A stretch of 64,000 nucleotides of DNA from Chrysomallon squamiferum (Eukaryota; Animalia; Mollusca): NCBI GenBank assembly GCA_012295275.1, contig CM022671.1, forward strand, positions 20,708,001 to 20,772,000, in the 5' to 3' direction. The notes under the pieces are model-generated. The model did no database searches and was not told the DNA's origin. It saw only the letters and a program-made list of their open reading frames with translations. The translations under genes and the position numbers were made by a program. Within the stretch, counting starts at the first letter, position 1; every line of letters begins with the position of its first letter. Of the stretch, positions 1 through 13,128 are shown piece by piece.

Positions 1-358
1 TGTCTGCAGTGTAAGGGCAAAATGACAAATCTAGTGGATAAACTAACTGGTGCTTGGATTTTAATTAACATGCACGGCACCTACGCAGTGAATTACAGCA
101 GACATGTCAGGGATTCGTTATTAAGGTGTGGATAAAAGATTTTAAAAAACAGATTCAATTATAGAAACTTTTTTCTTTAAATATAATTTTAAATAGACTT
201 TTCTTTTACAAATATAAAAATAACTTCTGTGCAGCAAACAGCGTGAAAATAAAAGCTTAAACCTGAAGAGCTGTGCTGGTAATGAATTTGAAATGATTGA
301 CTAAAATTCAGGTCTCGCAGAAAATAAATGTAATCAAACATAATTTTATGCTCTAATC

Positions 359-389
<31 letters not shown>

Positions 390-744
390 AAACACAATCA
401 GAAGCAAAATCGACAGCTGAAAGTGCCTTTTAACGCACTTCTATTTCTTTGACAAAAACTACTATTTCCACTACAACAAGAATATAACAACAATAACTGT
501 TACTCCTACAACAAAAACTCTAAATACTGCCATTATTATTCCTACTACTGCTACTGCTTTTACTACTTTTACTACTTTACTGCTAATCAAATACTACTAA
601 TCAAATTATCATTACTAAATGTCTAACTTCTGCAACAACATCTACTACTACTATTTCTACCAGTACCACCCTTTTACTGCTACTACTGCTTCTACAATGT
701 CTACTACCTTTAATAACGCAACTACTACTGCTACGATTATTAAT

Positions 745-776
<32 letters not shown>

Positions 777-1382
777 ACATCATTATCGTCATCATAAGAA
801 CACCAACAAAGGGATCGAATGTTAAAACGAACATTTCCCTCCTGTATTCTCTGTAACACACGTAGCATGACAACAGTTTGTAATTAAAGGAACAACAGGG
901 GACAGCAGACCGTGATAAAACAATAGCTTCGTAAGTTACTTCTATCTGCTTCTGATGTCTGAAGATTTACTGCGACAGTCATTCCAGCGATCATGTAATT
1001 AATGTTCCGTAATTAAACTGGAAAAAAGAAAACAAACCACGGAGAATTTATATTAAAAAAAAAATAAATCGTTTTTGTAGCCACCTTTAATTAAGTACAT
1101 TTTTTTTTTCGCTTTGAACCAGCGACATTTGGAATAGAATATATGAATCATTTGCATGTTTGGTTGACGTAAAAACGAAACATTTGTTTAATCACCGTTG
1201 TGTTTGGCGTTTGTTTTAAACGTAATTATATCTGAAAAGGGAAAAAAAAACCTCAGAAAGTCGTTAAGCAAACAAGGCCGAGTGGAAATGTAGGTCTGAA
1301 CATTAAAAAAAAATGGTTTATTAATTACATGCTATAAATATTCTCGGATTAGAAAAGGAATTTACTTTTAATCTTTAAAGAC

Positions 1383-1414
<32 letters not shown>

Positions 1415-3649
1415 GTGTAAAAATAAAATGTTGAAGTTAAAATAAATTTAACTACTGATTTGAGAAGTTGTCTGTTGAAATTAAAAAAAAAAAAAAAAAA
1501 AAAGATATATCTGAAATTTTTAAAAATCTTTCTTGACATCATCATCATATCCATCATTGTCATCATCATCATCATCATCATCATCTTTATTTAAAATACA
1601 CTAATGAACTTTAGGTTTAAATTAAACCCGAACAAATTGTTTATAATTGAAAGTTAATATCCAAAACACAAAACAACAAATTGACAAAAAGAAAACGAGA
1701 AAAAACAACAACCAAGATCAATTATTTCGCTGTTTTCACTGGAGTTTCTTCGTACATATATTATTAATATTGTTGTTATTATCATTACTATTAGACTTTT
1801 TTTTAATTTTGTTATATTTTATTTATTTATTTATGTAATTTATTTTAAATTCTCTTTAGTATTTTAAATGGTTAATTTAATTCATATTAATAGGCTATGG
1901 ACTTTTGAATATTCACTGATAAAATGCGGTATTTAAAAAAAAAAAAAAATGAAGGCAAATTACATTCTGAATTCATTGATTCATTTACAAGAATTGAAGT
2001 TTAAGGAAAAGATAATAACGTTTTCAATAAAAGAACATTTCTAAACTTTAACCATAAAGAATTAGAAATGCACAAGAGAAAGAATTAATAGGAATTTCTA
2101 TACAATGACTATTTCGTAAACAATTTTTTTTTAAAACTGAAAACTGAAGAAAAAATAGCAGAAAACAATTAACAATAAAAGTTTGAAACGATGTGGAAAA
2201 CAAATTTAAATTTACTATTTTATTTTATATGTTGTATTTATCTCTTCCATACTGGTTTATTCTGACGTCAGCTCGTTTGATAATTCATGTTTACAATCCT
2301 ACAGATGTTTCTAATGCCTAGCCTTTGTCGGTTACATCAAACCACTGAGTTATTAATATGCAAATCTTGAAGGATTTCTGGGTCTTTCTCAAGAAGAATA
2401 AACTTATTAAATTTTTTACTACAAGGAAGAAAACAAAAAATAAGAAGACATTCGCTTATTTGCACAGAAGACGGAAACAAAGATTTTGTTGTTATACAGC
2501 GAAGACGGCCGACGAAATCCTATTTAAAAGTTTAAAATATTCTTCTAGCTACGAGCATTAAACTTTAATCAAAAGCGAATCAAAGGTAGAGTAAATTTGT
2601 TTTCGAATGTTTCTCCTTGATAATGAAACACATTTCTATATCGAAAGTTGATGAAACTTTCACTAAAATCACAATATCATACCTTTTCAGAAAAATAGAA
2701 TTGCCCTATTTCAGACAAAGGATAAGATTAGCTGCAGAAACAACAAATATAGAAAACAGAAAGCTACTGAAATTCTTTCTTTTTTTTTTGTCCGAATATC
2801 TTTGTAACTAATCTCTTGATTTTGTTTCATGTTGTTTGTTTGTTTGTTTTCTTTTGTTTTTGTTTTTTAATGCCACTTAACTAGATGATCATGATCCTAC
2901 CGTAGCAGATCAACCACTAAGTCTACCCTCATTACATTACTATTCAAGCACTGTTAAATGATAATTCGTTTTATAAATGAGGCTCTGCAGTTACAACACA
3001 GGTGAAAGGTCTAAAAGGACCTCACTTCCTCAGCGCACTCAATAAACTATTTTTCTGTCTATGAGAAGGTTGCTGCTAATCCCCAAAAGATAATCCACAG
3101 CTTAGCTGCAACCGGTTTTATTTCAAATATGCATGACACTGCGTTTTATTTTCTCACATTCATTCATTTATATATATATATATTTTTTTTGCTCTCTCTC
3201 TCTCCTCTTGGTTCTGGACACTCTATATTAATTTGACATTTTCATTTTAATTTCATTCTTTTTTCTTCTTTTTTTTACTTTCTTTTTTGTCTTTCTTTCT
3301 TTCTTTTTTTCTTTTATTACTCTTTTTTTATAGGTTATAAAAATTAAGAAATATTAAATTTAAAATTTTCATTTTGAAATTAAATTATAATCAAGAATTT
3401 TACACTCAAAACAGCTAGTGCTGAATAAACATTTTAATATTCAATGCATCATCCAAACTTCATTGATCTTTCTGTGCTTCCAGTTTGGGGAAAAAAAAAT
3501 AAAAATAAAAATAAAAATCTCGAGTGTAAAAAAAAAGAATGAAACTACTTTTTCCTTTATTCATAGTATTATGGATTATTTTCATGTTCTAAAGCTTTTT
3601 ATTTTTCATTTTCATTTTTTATTTTTTTAAATAATGTTTAAAAAAGATT

Positions 3650-3658
3650 CTCTCTCTT

Positions 3659-3744
<86 letters not shown>
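3650..3744. repeat. (CT)n microsatellite
   Basis: Direct reading. Confidence 0.95.
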
Positions 3745-3747
<3 letters not shown>

Positions 3748-4512
3748 ATCTTTCTATCTATCTTTATCTCTCTGCATAGCATTATAATAGAACTATATTA
3801 AAACAAAGCCAGAGAATAACATTAGAAAGATAACTGCCTGGTTTTAACCTTATGAATATTGATAAACCCAAAACTCTAAACACCGTGTGTTCCATCAATC
3901 ATCTAAAATCCAAGAGATTATTTTGCTTGTCAAGCGTGCAACATTCTGTGTTCGAAAACGGACAAAGGATTTCAGGTTGGTTTTTTATTTCCCGAATAAA
4001 GGCATTTTTCTTTTAGCACATCGCTGAAGAAGAACTGTATGAAAAATAGACAAACAGGATGACTGTACTGGAGTTCGAGAGTTGGATTTGTTCTTATAGA
4101 ATTAGCAAGAAAACAGTAACAAGATTTCTCTGACAAATGTTGTTGTCCTGTCTGGTAATGCCAATGGCGTTATACCCTAAAGGTTGCGTGGAAGCAAGTG
4201 AAAGAAGAATTGAGTAAATCTTCTGAGATTAGCACCATATCGTTCCTTAAGGTATCTTCTTGTAAACTGATGATAGTGGGTTTCATCCTGTAAATACATA
4301 CAAACCGTGAAAACACACAAACATATCAATATATAAACAGACAGGCCCACATGCATCCATAACTGAATGTTTATTATAATTCACATTTCCCTTAGTATCT
4401 GCTATTCATATTTAGAAACATGTTTATGTCTGCGAGTATTCACAATCGTTTTCTTTTGCGTATGAAAAATTACCGGAATTGGATTTCTAATATAAATATA
4501 TATATATATATA

Positions 4513-4563
4513 TATGACATACATTTTAAACAAATTATGAACAAATTAGCGAATTTCAAAATG

Positions 4564-4594
<31 letters not shown>

Positions 4595-4627
4595 TTTAAA
4601 CAAATTATGAACATCATTTGAAACAAC

Positions 4628-4676
<49 letters not shown>

Positions 4677-5050
4677 ATTATAAATATAGGGCATTGGGGA
4701 ATTATTTCAAAATGAAAATTTTGTATTTTCATTTTGAAATTCGCGCTAATTCCCCAATAATTCGTCCCTCAATGCCCTAAGTTCGTAATGCTTTATCTCT
4801 ATTGAAAATTTATAATAACGACAACATTTGTTTATGTATATATATTCATTTTGAAATTCGCTAATTCCCTAATGCCCTAGTTCGTCCGCTTTATCTCATT
4901 TATAATAACGACAACATTAATGTCTTCATTTAGATTCTTAAAACTCTATTGAAAAGTATTATTGATCGTAACATGGTAGTGTCAACAAAATTTCTTTTTT
5001 GCGGTGTTGTTTCAAATGATGTTCATAATTTGTTTAAAATGTATGTCATA
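4513..5050. repeat. Mosaic of short inverted and direct copies of the adjacent sequence 4845-5050, interleaved with (TA)n
   Basis: 4513-4543 is the reverse complement of 5020-5050, 4544-4565 of 4845-4866, and 4588-4628 of 5005-5045. About 4725-4828 is a scrambled direct copy of about 4845-4918. Confidence 0.85.
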
Positions 5051-5270
5051 GAGCAGCTAGATTGAGGTGCTTTCTATCGATCCAGAATCGATGTGAACTA
5101 TCCCAGTTTGCAGTGCAAGGCGGACATTTTGTGCTTATTTTGACCTTGGTAATTATCGTGGAAACGACAAAGATGTGTATTCCTAGTGGGTCAAATTCCT
5201 TATCAAGTTAATTATAATTGAAAAACAAAGCAATATTTTGTCTTATGGCTTGTGTCGTTTTGAGAAAGCC

Positions 5271-5324
5271 AAAATGGCGGATTTACGCAAGGTGTGGCGA
5301 AATTAAATATAGTTTGACGTCAAA
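5271..5324. promoter_or_regulatory. Candidate motif cluster: YY1 + C/EBP-type + full CRE
   Basis: AAAATGGCGG (5271-5280), TTACGCAA (5283-5290) and TGACGTCA (5315-5322). Function is inferred. Confidence 0.3.
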
Positions 5325-5518
5325 AGATATCTAACCTTTATTTTACAGAACATTCCAGCTTATACTTTTTCTTCTTCTTCTTAGCTTTTTATATTTTCTT
5401 TGATTTAATGTATTACAGTCTTTGTCTCTCAATTTTATTTTTTATTTTTGGTGACTTCAAGGGATTTTTCAAGATATTTCTAGTTTCAATTTTATTGATT
5501 ATTTAATATTTGTTTATT

Positions 5519-5529
<11 letters not shown>

Positions 5530-5585
<56 letters not shown>

Positions 5586-5612
5586 GTAGTAGTAGTAGTA
5601 GTAGTAGTAGTA
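5530..5612. repeat. (ATT)n(AGT)n compound microsatellite
   Basis: Direct reading. Confidence 0.95.
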
Positions 5613-6184
5613 TTTATGCAAAATTAATAAAGAATTAAAATAATAATAATATATCATTATTATTTGATATTATTTTAATTGTTTGTTAATTTTGTTTCAA
5701 AAGATGAAACAGTTTTATCATTTTAATTTCACTCTTTTTTCTCTAATTATGTAGTGTTTTTCAGTTATCTTCTTTTTCTTTTTTCTTTTTTTTTTTTCTG
5801 ATTATGCAAACGGCTTTCGTAAACGAACATCGACCCTTCCATCAATTCCATTAAATAAAGCAAAGCCGATCTTTAGCGAGCATTTCGACAAGTAAAATTT
5901 TTTACTTGCCTTTTTCTACAGTTGAGATTCACTGGCTATTACCGGCTTAAATATTTCCTGTAACGTATTTCTATTCTTTTTTTTTTTTATTTGATTGTAT
6001 TTTTATTCTTATTTTGCAAACCAAACTTCTTTCGGATAAAAGTAAATTTCAAAAGCATCTGCTTCATCAGAAATATTTTCAGAAATACTGTATACAAAAA
6101 TATGTGTTTTTAAAGAATTATTATTTTTTTAACTGAAAAGAAACAACCTGTCTGGTGTTGAGACATCAATATTTTTCTTATTTA

Positions 6185-6222
<38 letters not shown>

Positions 6223-6500
6223 ATAGTAGTAAAAGTTGTAGTAGTTGTTGATGTTGTTGTAATAAGAGTAGGAATAGTAAGTGCAGTAATAATAGTAGTA
6301 GCAAAAGTAGTAGTAGTCGTAATAGTAATAGCAGTAGCAGTAGTAGTTGTAGTAATAATAGCAGTGGAAGTAGTAATAGTTGTTGTGATAGTAGCATTAG
6401 TTCTATTAAGTGGTAGTAGTAGTCGTAGCAATAGAAGTAAAAATAGTTGTTTTAGTGGTAGAGGGCGAAATAGTAGTAGGAGTACTAATAATGGTGTCAA
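6185..6500. repeat. Degenerate (TAG/TAA/CAG)n triplet tract
   Basis: Direct reading; this tract produces the spurious poly-T/L/V ORFs. Confidence 0.9.
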
Positions 6501-8242
6501 TAAAAATAATAGTTGTCATATTGTTAGTGTAGTACTAATAATTATAGCATTACAAACAGTAGATTTTGTATCTAATTGCACATGAAGTGGTGTTTATTGA
6601 AATTAGTATTAATTATAATCTGTATTAATTCGGTTTTCATTTCTAATTAATGTTTTGTAATTGAAGCTTAATATATTTATCTTACAGTTGTTATACATTT
6701 CATTTTTTTTTTTTTTTTTTTTTTTTTTGTAAGACATCATGCACTCTAACTTTGATCAGATTTGGTGCTAGAAAGTTCCTGATATAATTTATACACTTAA
6801 AACGAATCTGCCACGCTGATTTATTACGTAATAGGAAGGAGCGGACCAGTTGGCAACCGTTAATTTTATTTTAAATTTTTTTTCTTCGCCTTACGATTAA
6901 CGTCTACTCTACCGAGGTGTCCTTAAACAAACATTTTACTGCTTTGAATCCATGCATTCGTCTTTCTTCCTAATGGATTGGAATTCAATATGCAAATACG
7001 AAACTCGGTGACGTGTGGCGATAACCAAATGGAATAACTTGACATCGTTGAAATGTTGTTCTCTATAAAAACGCAGCAACTCGAATTCCCGTCAACACGC
7101 GAATTAAACATTTGTTCTTTTGGCTTCAGTACTTCTACAATTTGTTTAGATGTTTGCCATTCGTTATTTGGATAACGTGTCTTCAACGTTTTGTCATAGG
7201 CTAAGTGACCGTTGACAACTGAAGTCAGTAATAGTAACTGTAGTTGTATTCGTTCCTGTCAGTGATATCTGTATTGCTAATGTTAATAATAATAATTGTT
7301 GTTTTTCATGTTAGTAATTTAACTATGATGCCAATGCATTAGTAGTTGTTCCTTTAGTAATAGTATTAGTAGTTATCCCCGTAGTATTAGTGACAGTATT
7401 AACAGTAACAATAACGGTATTAAACTATAATAACTACGTTTGTAAGGAAATGGCTAAATCCTTTGAGTTAATTAACGTCTTACAATTAGTGCTGTCTCAG
7501 AGAAAACACGAAACGTTCGTTTTAATAAAATGCAGACTTGGAAATACACATTACTTTTCCTTCGTTTTGTCGTCCAAAGTTAATCACTTTTACATAATTT
7601 GCGTGTCTCTCGTCATAGAGAATTTTATGACGGTACCAGCACAAATCGAATGGCTTCCAGAGCTAAATAATTGCTACCCCGATTACTATGAAATGCCTTG
7701 AGTTACCGCCCATTGTTATTATACATACTGGTTTTTTATATCCTTTCTTAATAAAGTTTAGGCTATATTTGGTTCCTCTGATGCACAGTTCTGAATACAG
7801 TTAATCAGATGTTCGATTTTTAGTTTCATCTGCTTCTCTCGCATTAATGGTAGCTATTATAATAACGTTTGATGGTAGCGGTTGATGTTTTCTATTAGAA
7901 GATGTTTTGAAGTTAGATTGTAATATATTTGTGTATGTATAAAACCATATATATATATATATTAGTTATGCAACATATGTAAATATAGAAGTACAAAAAT
8001 CAGTTCTTTAATGGACTTCATTAATTCATTTATTTTTCTTTCCTCTATCTCTCTTTACGTAAGTGTTTTTTTGTTTGTTTCTTTGTCTGTCTGCCTGTCT
8101 TCTTCCTGTCTTTAATATATGCTATGTCTGATATTGGCACGTTCAGACATTCTTTATATGCCTGTGTTTGTTGTTTGCATTTTACATGCACCGATACCTA
8201 GAAACACGAACTCCAACAATTAATATGTGACTGTTCAATTAA

Positions 8243-8649
8243 TATGCTAATGTCTTATGTAAATTTAGAACCTATAATGTTAAACATCCTACTGAAACTG
8301 GACGATGGTTTAATATTCTAAGAGAATATAGAAAATGTCATATTTATAATCTTGAACATCATTATGTATTTGAATGTAATGATCCTATATTATTAAATGC
8401 ACGAAAAGTTATACCAGATAAATACATGAGACATCGAATAATAGTTTGTTTAATAGTAAAAATATGTTTATATTAAAAAAGCTATGTTTGTTAATAAGAA
8501 CAATATGTGAGAGAATATGTCCTCCACGTTAAACTTCCACGCATTTTAATTTAAATTTTGTTGTTATATAGCTGTAATACATTCTTCTCTGTACTGTAAT
8601 CCTACAGTTTATGATAATAAAATCATTGTCATTGTTATTGTCATTGTCA
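8243..8649 (+). mobile_element. Decayed, 5'-truncated non-LTR retrotransposon (LINE) 3' end
   Basis: Translation gives NVLCKFRTYNVKHPTETGRWFNILREYRKCHIYNLEHHYVFEC, then after a frameshift SLFNSKNMFILKKLCLLIRTICERICPPR* (stop 8530-8532). This resembles the ORF2 C-terminal 'KFR..N..L.IETGRW...R.C..C....E.H..F.C' CCHC region. AATAAA (8616-8621) and a (CATTGT)n tail (8624-8649) follow. Confidence 0.8.
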
Positions 8650-10336
8650 TACACATTTACGCATAATATATACTTATGGCCTTTCCTAAACATAAACATT
8701 AAAATCAGAACAACAACAACAAATAGAAGATAAATGCAATCAATAGCTAATTAATTAATTTTCTTCTTAAATATTTTTTTTTATGTGTGTACAAATGAAG
8801 AAAATGTTATCTAAAGTTGTTTGTTTTGTCGTTCAGAACTCGAAGTATAATTAAAATTTCGCGTCTTTTCCTTAAGTTTAATCTTTTCCTGCTCTAATAA
8901 TTCAGGTTGTGTTAACCTGCGTTTTCAAGACGTTTGTGAATCACGCACTGTTTTCCGTTATCGTAGCTAAGTCATTATTCATTAACTAGCTGGAAATTGC
9001 TGCTTTCGTTCTACGTCAAATGTGCTGTTCACTGCGACTGGTTAATCAAAGAACATGGTACGTGCTCGCTTGTCTCTGGGAAGCTGCTTGTAAAAGATTT
9101 AATCATTTTAACATCTAATAATCATTATTAATACGAGTAATCAACTGAACAGTTCGTTTAATAATTTTATTTTCAGCTGAATTATTATTATTATTATTAT
9201 TATTGTTATTTTTTTATTTTTTTTGTTACACAGAGTACAGGTAACGAAGTCATTCCTGATGTTGATGTCGAGATACCAAAGGTTTACCTTCACATTTTTG
9301 GTAAGCAAGTGATCAAGATCATAATCTGGAAATAACGGGGTGTTTTTTTTTTTTTTTTTTATAGGATGACCCGTTCAATACACGTATTAAGTATAATTTT
9401 CCGTTTGTGAATATTTAATATATCATGATTAGATTTCCAAAAAGGTCGGTGACCCTTTCTCATCCAATTTTTTTATATGATTAATTTGAGAAATTCGGCT
9501 CTCGTTCCCCTGTTGTTTTTCACTTGTGTGAGTTTTTCTGGCTTTGCTGTGACGGTTCTGATGATGGGTTACAAAATCGCATGATATTTTCGGTTCGATA
9601 TTAACTCCGTTAATTAGCTTTGTAAGTTGACGGAAATTGTAGTCAAGACACTGATTTGAGAGTAACGGAAATTCTCGTATGGGGCATTTGTGACTTGCAT
9701 CTCCAACCATTTCAGTAATGTCAGTTTTGGATGGATCTCTTTTTTTTTTCTCTCTGTCTCTCATTTTGTTACGCCCCTCCATTTTTTTTCTGAATCCTTA
9801 AGAAGATTTATAAAAAAAGTGATAACAAAGTTAAGTACGCACAAATAAAAAACAAACAACACGCACGCATAATAAAAACACTCTCACGCACATATATTTA
9901 TGCCAGATTCATTCTAACCGAGTTTATAATATTTGTTACTACTTTTAGCATTTTAAAACTTTATTATTATTTTATTTTAATGTTGTTTTTAAGCGCGTGT
10001 GTTAATTTGATCTCATTCGGTTATCATCGTCACAGTATTTAGTTATTTATTTATACTACTGTTACTACTACTACTCTGCATAACTACGTCTAGTACTACA
10101 ACTACTACTGCTACAACTTTTACTACTGCTACCACTTTTAGTACTAATAACAACAACAACAATAACAACAATAATAATAATAATTTATTTTATTCTTCAA
10201 TTCATTTTTTTTGAATTCCCGCGTTACTTTGAAATGTTTTTGTTTAAAATAATAATTATAAATAAATAAACAGTAATTAATAATAATAATAAAAAATAAT
10301 AATAATCATAACAATAATAATAATAATAATAATAAC

Positions 10337-10373
<37 letters not shown>

Positions 10374-12437
10374 GTGATGATGATGATGGTAGTAATAATA
10401 ATAATAATATAATAACAATAAAGCATAGCATCTTTTTTATGCAAAACTTGAAGTCTAAAAAATGAAGTCTATAAAGTAAAGTCTGAGATGAAAAATGATC
10501 TTCCATTTCCGCTGGTGTGAATTAAAGATGGCATGTCTGTCAGTTACAGTTTTCAGTCGTCGTTCAAAATTATTGTAAAGAAAAAGAGTGGAGCATTAAA
10601 ATCAATTCTTTGAGCTATTTAATTTTCCAAATATAGAGATTTTATCGACATGCTGTTGCAATGAAAGAATAATTAGTCGCTGCTGAATATATGGTAAAAA
10701 AAAAAGTATCGCCACCTTTTTAAATCGGTCGACATGTTGAATTAAGGCGAAGTCTCTAATCTTTGCTGGCTGATGGGAGACGGTGATGCTCCGAGTGAGG
10801 GCAACACAATTACAGTTAAATGGCTCTAACTGTCATTGGACTGGGATTCATAATTGACTCTACCTGGCCTTTGATCAGTTTCAATGTCATAATTGGACGG
10901 AAGGATGAGGAACAACATGAGAGTCGGGTATTTTGAAACTGTTGGTAATCGAATGCCTTCTCCGTCTTCAAAGACATCCGTCTCACGATATTAATTTTTA
11001 CATCAAGCCGTAGATCGCCCAAGAAACTAATGGGCGACTTCCTTCCTAATTGATTTCGCTTCCCAATACGTCATTAAAGCCTGCTAATTGCTGACATATC
11101 GAACAAGAAGGTTCATTTTAAGAAATATCCAAATTATTTTATTCCGACGCCTACCTTTTTTCCTTCTTTTTTGACATAGCCAAAAATGGAATCTTGTTAG
11201 ATATGCAGATGTGTTTCGATTTCATGAAAGTATAGGGAAAAATTAGCTTTTTTACTTTCAAAGTCTTGTACCCTGAAGAGGGGATTTAGACGTATATCTA
11301 ATGTAAATACAGTACAAATTGGTGAAAGGTCAACACTATTCATTAGTATGGTTGTTCTTCATAATATGTTTGTGCTGAAAGGACCGATGTCAGAATTACT
11401 TGTGAAAACTTTTCAAGTAACATCATATGAAATTGGTTGCAGTGTATAAGCAAAAGTAAATTACACTGTTGACAATACGCGTGTAATCACATCAGATACA
11501 TAGAAATATTTAAGAACCAAGCTCAAGTGAACAATTAGAGTAATAAGAAAGGGAAACTAAAATAAAAAATAACAAAATGAAGCGAAACTGAGCAAAAACA
11601 AAGACACAACAACAATCCTTCACCACAAAAAAAAAAAAAAAAAAAAAATAAAAATAAAAAAAAATAAAAATATATAAATATATAAAAGAAATACGTACAT
11701 ATAAATAAATAAAATAAATAAAAGGTAAAAATAAAAACGGCAACAAAATAAAACAAAATTAAGCCTTAGAAAAACAACAACAACAACAACAAAAAAGAGA
11801 AATACAACAAAAAAAGACAAAAAAGAAACAAAAGCCAAAACAAAACAAAACAAAAACAAACCAAAAACAAAACAGAAACATTATCAAGAAGGACAAAAGA
11901 AAAAAAAAAGAAAAAAGAAAGAAAACAAACAAAAAAGGGAAAATAGTTCGAATTCCTTGATGATTATTATTAACGGAAGGTTAATAATTACGCAGACTAA
12001 ATTAACCTACTTCTGTACTATTATCAGCTTATTAATACCATATTTTCACAGAATGGTTATTTCCCAAGGACGAATTATGTGAGATAGGTAATTAGTGTTG
12101 TTAAAAATGTGTTGTGTACGGAACTGGTAAATATGTTTTTGACATTTTGTCAGATATATAAACCTTGAGATTTTACATGATTAAATACATTAGCTACCCT
12201 GGTAAGAGTCACACTGAACATTCAGTGATAACAGAAAATTAGCTAAGGGTGAAGCACAACGCCGCAAATATTTAAGTGAGTAGAGAGAGAAAACAAAAAA
12301 CTGTACAAAAATTTTATTCAACATTTTAACATATTTTTACAACAAAAATTGACTCTATAAACTCACAATGTTTACGATATTATACTGATACTCAGACGTT
12401 ACCGAAGCTTTGCTAATGTACCGTTCTTTCTTTGCAG

Positions 12438-12518
12438 TTGGCGAGATGAAAACTGAAAGATTCCAGAAAACGAGCCACTAGAGGTCAGCTGCGGAAAGTG
12501 AAAGAAAACAGGTCCAAG
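12438..12518 (+). other. Candidate 81-nt non-coding (5'-UTR) exon
   Basis: Acceptor TTCTTTCTTTGCAG (ends 12437) and donor AAG|GTAAGA (12519) flank a purine-rich body. All three frames contain stops. Confidence 0.5.
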
Positions 12519-12757
12519 GTAAGACGTCTTTGATCAGTTTTCAGGAAATAGCTTCACGCTAAAGCCAGGCGCTTTTAATCACATACAGAGATTCTGTATG
12601 AGATATTAACTATATGAAGAACATAATTTAAGAATATCTTCATAGGTAATATATTTAATTATAAATGATGCTGTCATAAAGCAAAACTATTATAATACTG
12701 TCACTGTTTATTGCTTTTTATTGCTTTTATTGCTTTTCATAATATTTTTGTGAGATT

Positions 12758-12883
12758 TGATAATGTTATGTATGATATATATAATGATATATGATATAGA
12801 TAACGTCTCTATGATATTCATAATGTTCTATATGATATCGATACAGTTCTCTTTGAGATACTGATAATGTTTTGAATGATATA
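12758..12883. repeat. Degenerate minisatellite, about 20-22 bp unit (GATAATGTT..ATGATAT)
   Basis: About six diverged units are visible immediately upstream of the 70-80 bp repeat. Confidence 0.55.
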
Positions 12884-12886
12884 ACG

Positions 12887-13128
12887 CTGTGGTTTCTATA
12901 AACATTTTTAAATTGAAGTTAACACTGACAAATACTGTTAGTGTAATATCTAACTCTGTGGTTTCTATAAACATTTTTAAATAACTCGGATTTGAAGTTA
13001 ATACTGATAAATACCGTTAGTACACTATCTCATTCTGTGGTTTCTGTAAATATTTTTAAAATAACTCTAGTTTGAAGTTAACACTGACCAGCACTGTTAG
13101 TAGACTCTCTAAATGTCTGAGGTTTCTG
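12887..13128. repeat. Tandem repeat, about 70-80 bp unit, three copies plus a partial copy
   Basis: CTGTGGTTTCT(A/G)TAAA..TTTTTAAA..TTGAAGTTAA(C/T)ACTGA..TGTTAGT starts at 12887, 12956 and 13035, with a partial copy at 13117. Confidence 0.85.

Noticed and set aside
2339-2353. AACCACTGAGTTA (also near 57014) as additional SINE heads
   Set aside because: Only about 13 bp of similarity, with no adjacent recognisable SINE body.
9429-9782. 117-aa minus-strand ORF of moderate complexity
   Set aside because: No recognisable motif. It starts in a low-complexity purine tract and has no convincing exon context.
12887-13128. Regularly spaced repeat superficially like a CRISPR array
   Set aside because: Whole units are homologous with no unique spacers, there are no cas genes, and the context is eukaryotic. 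It is an ordinary minisatellite.
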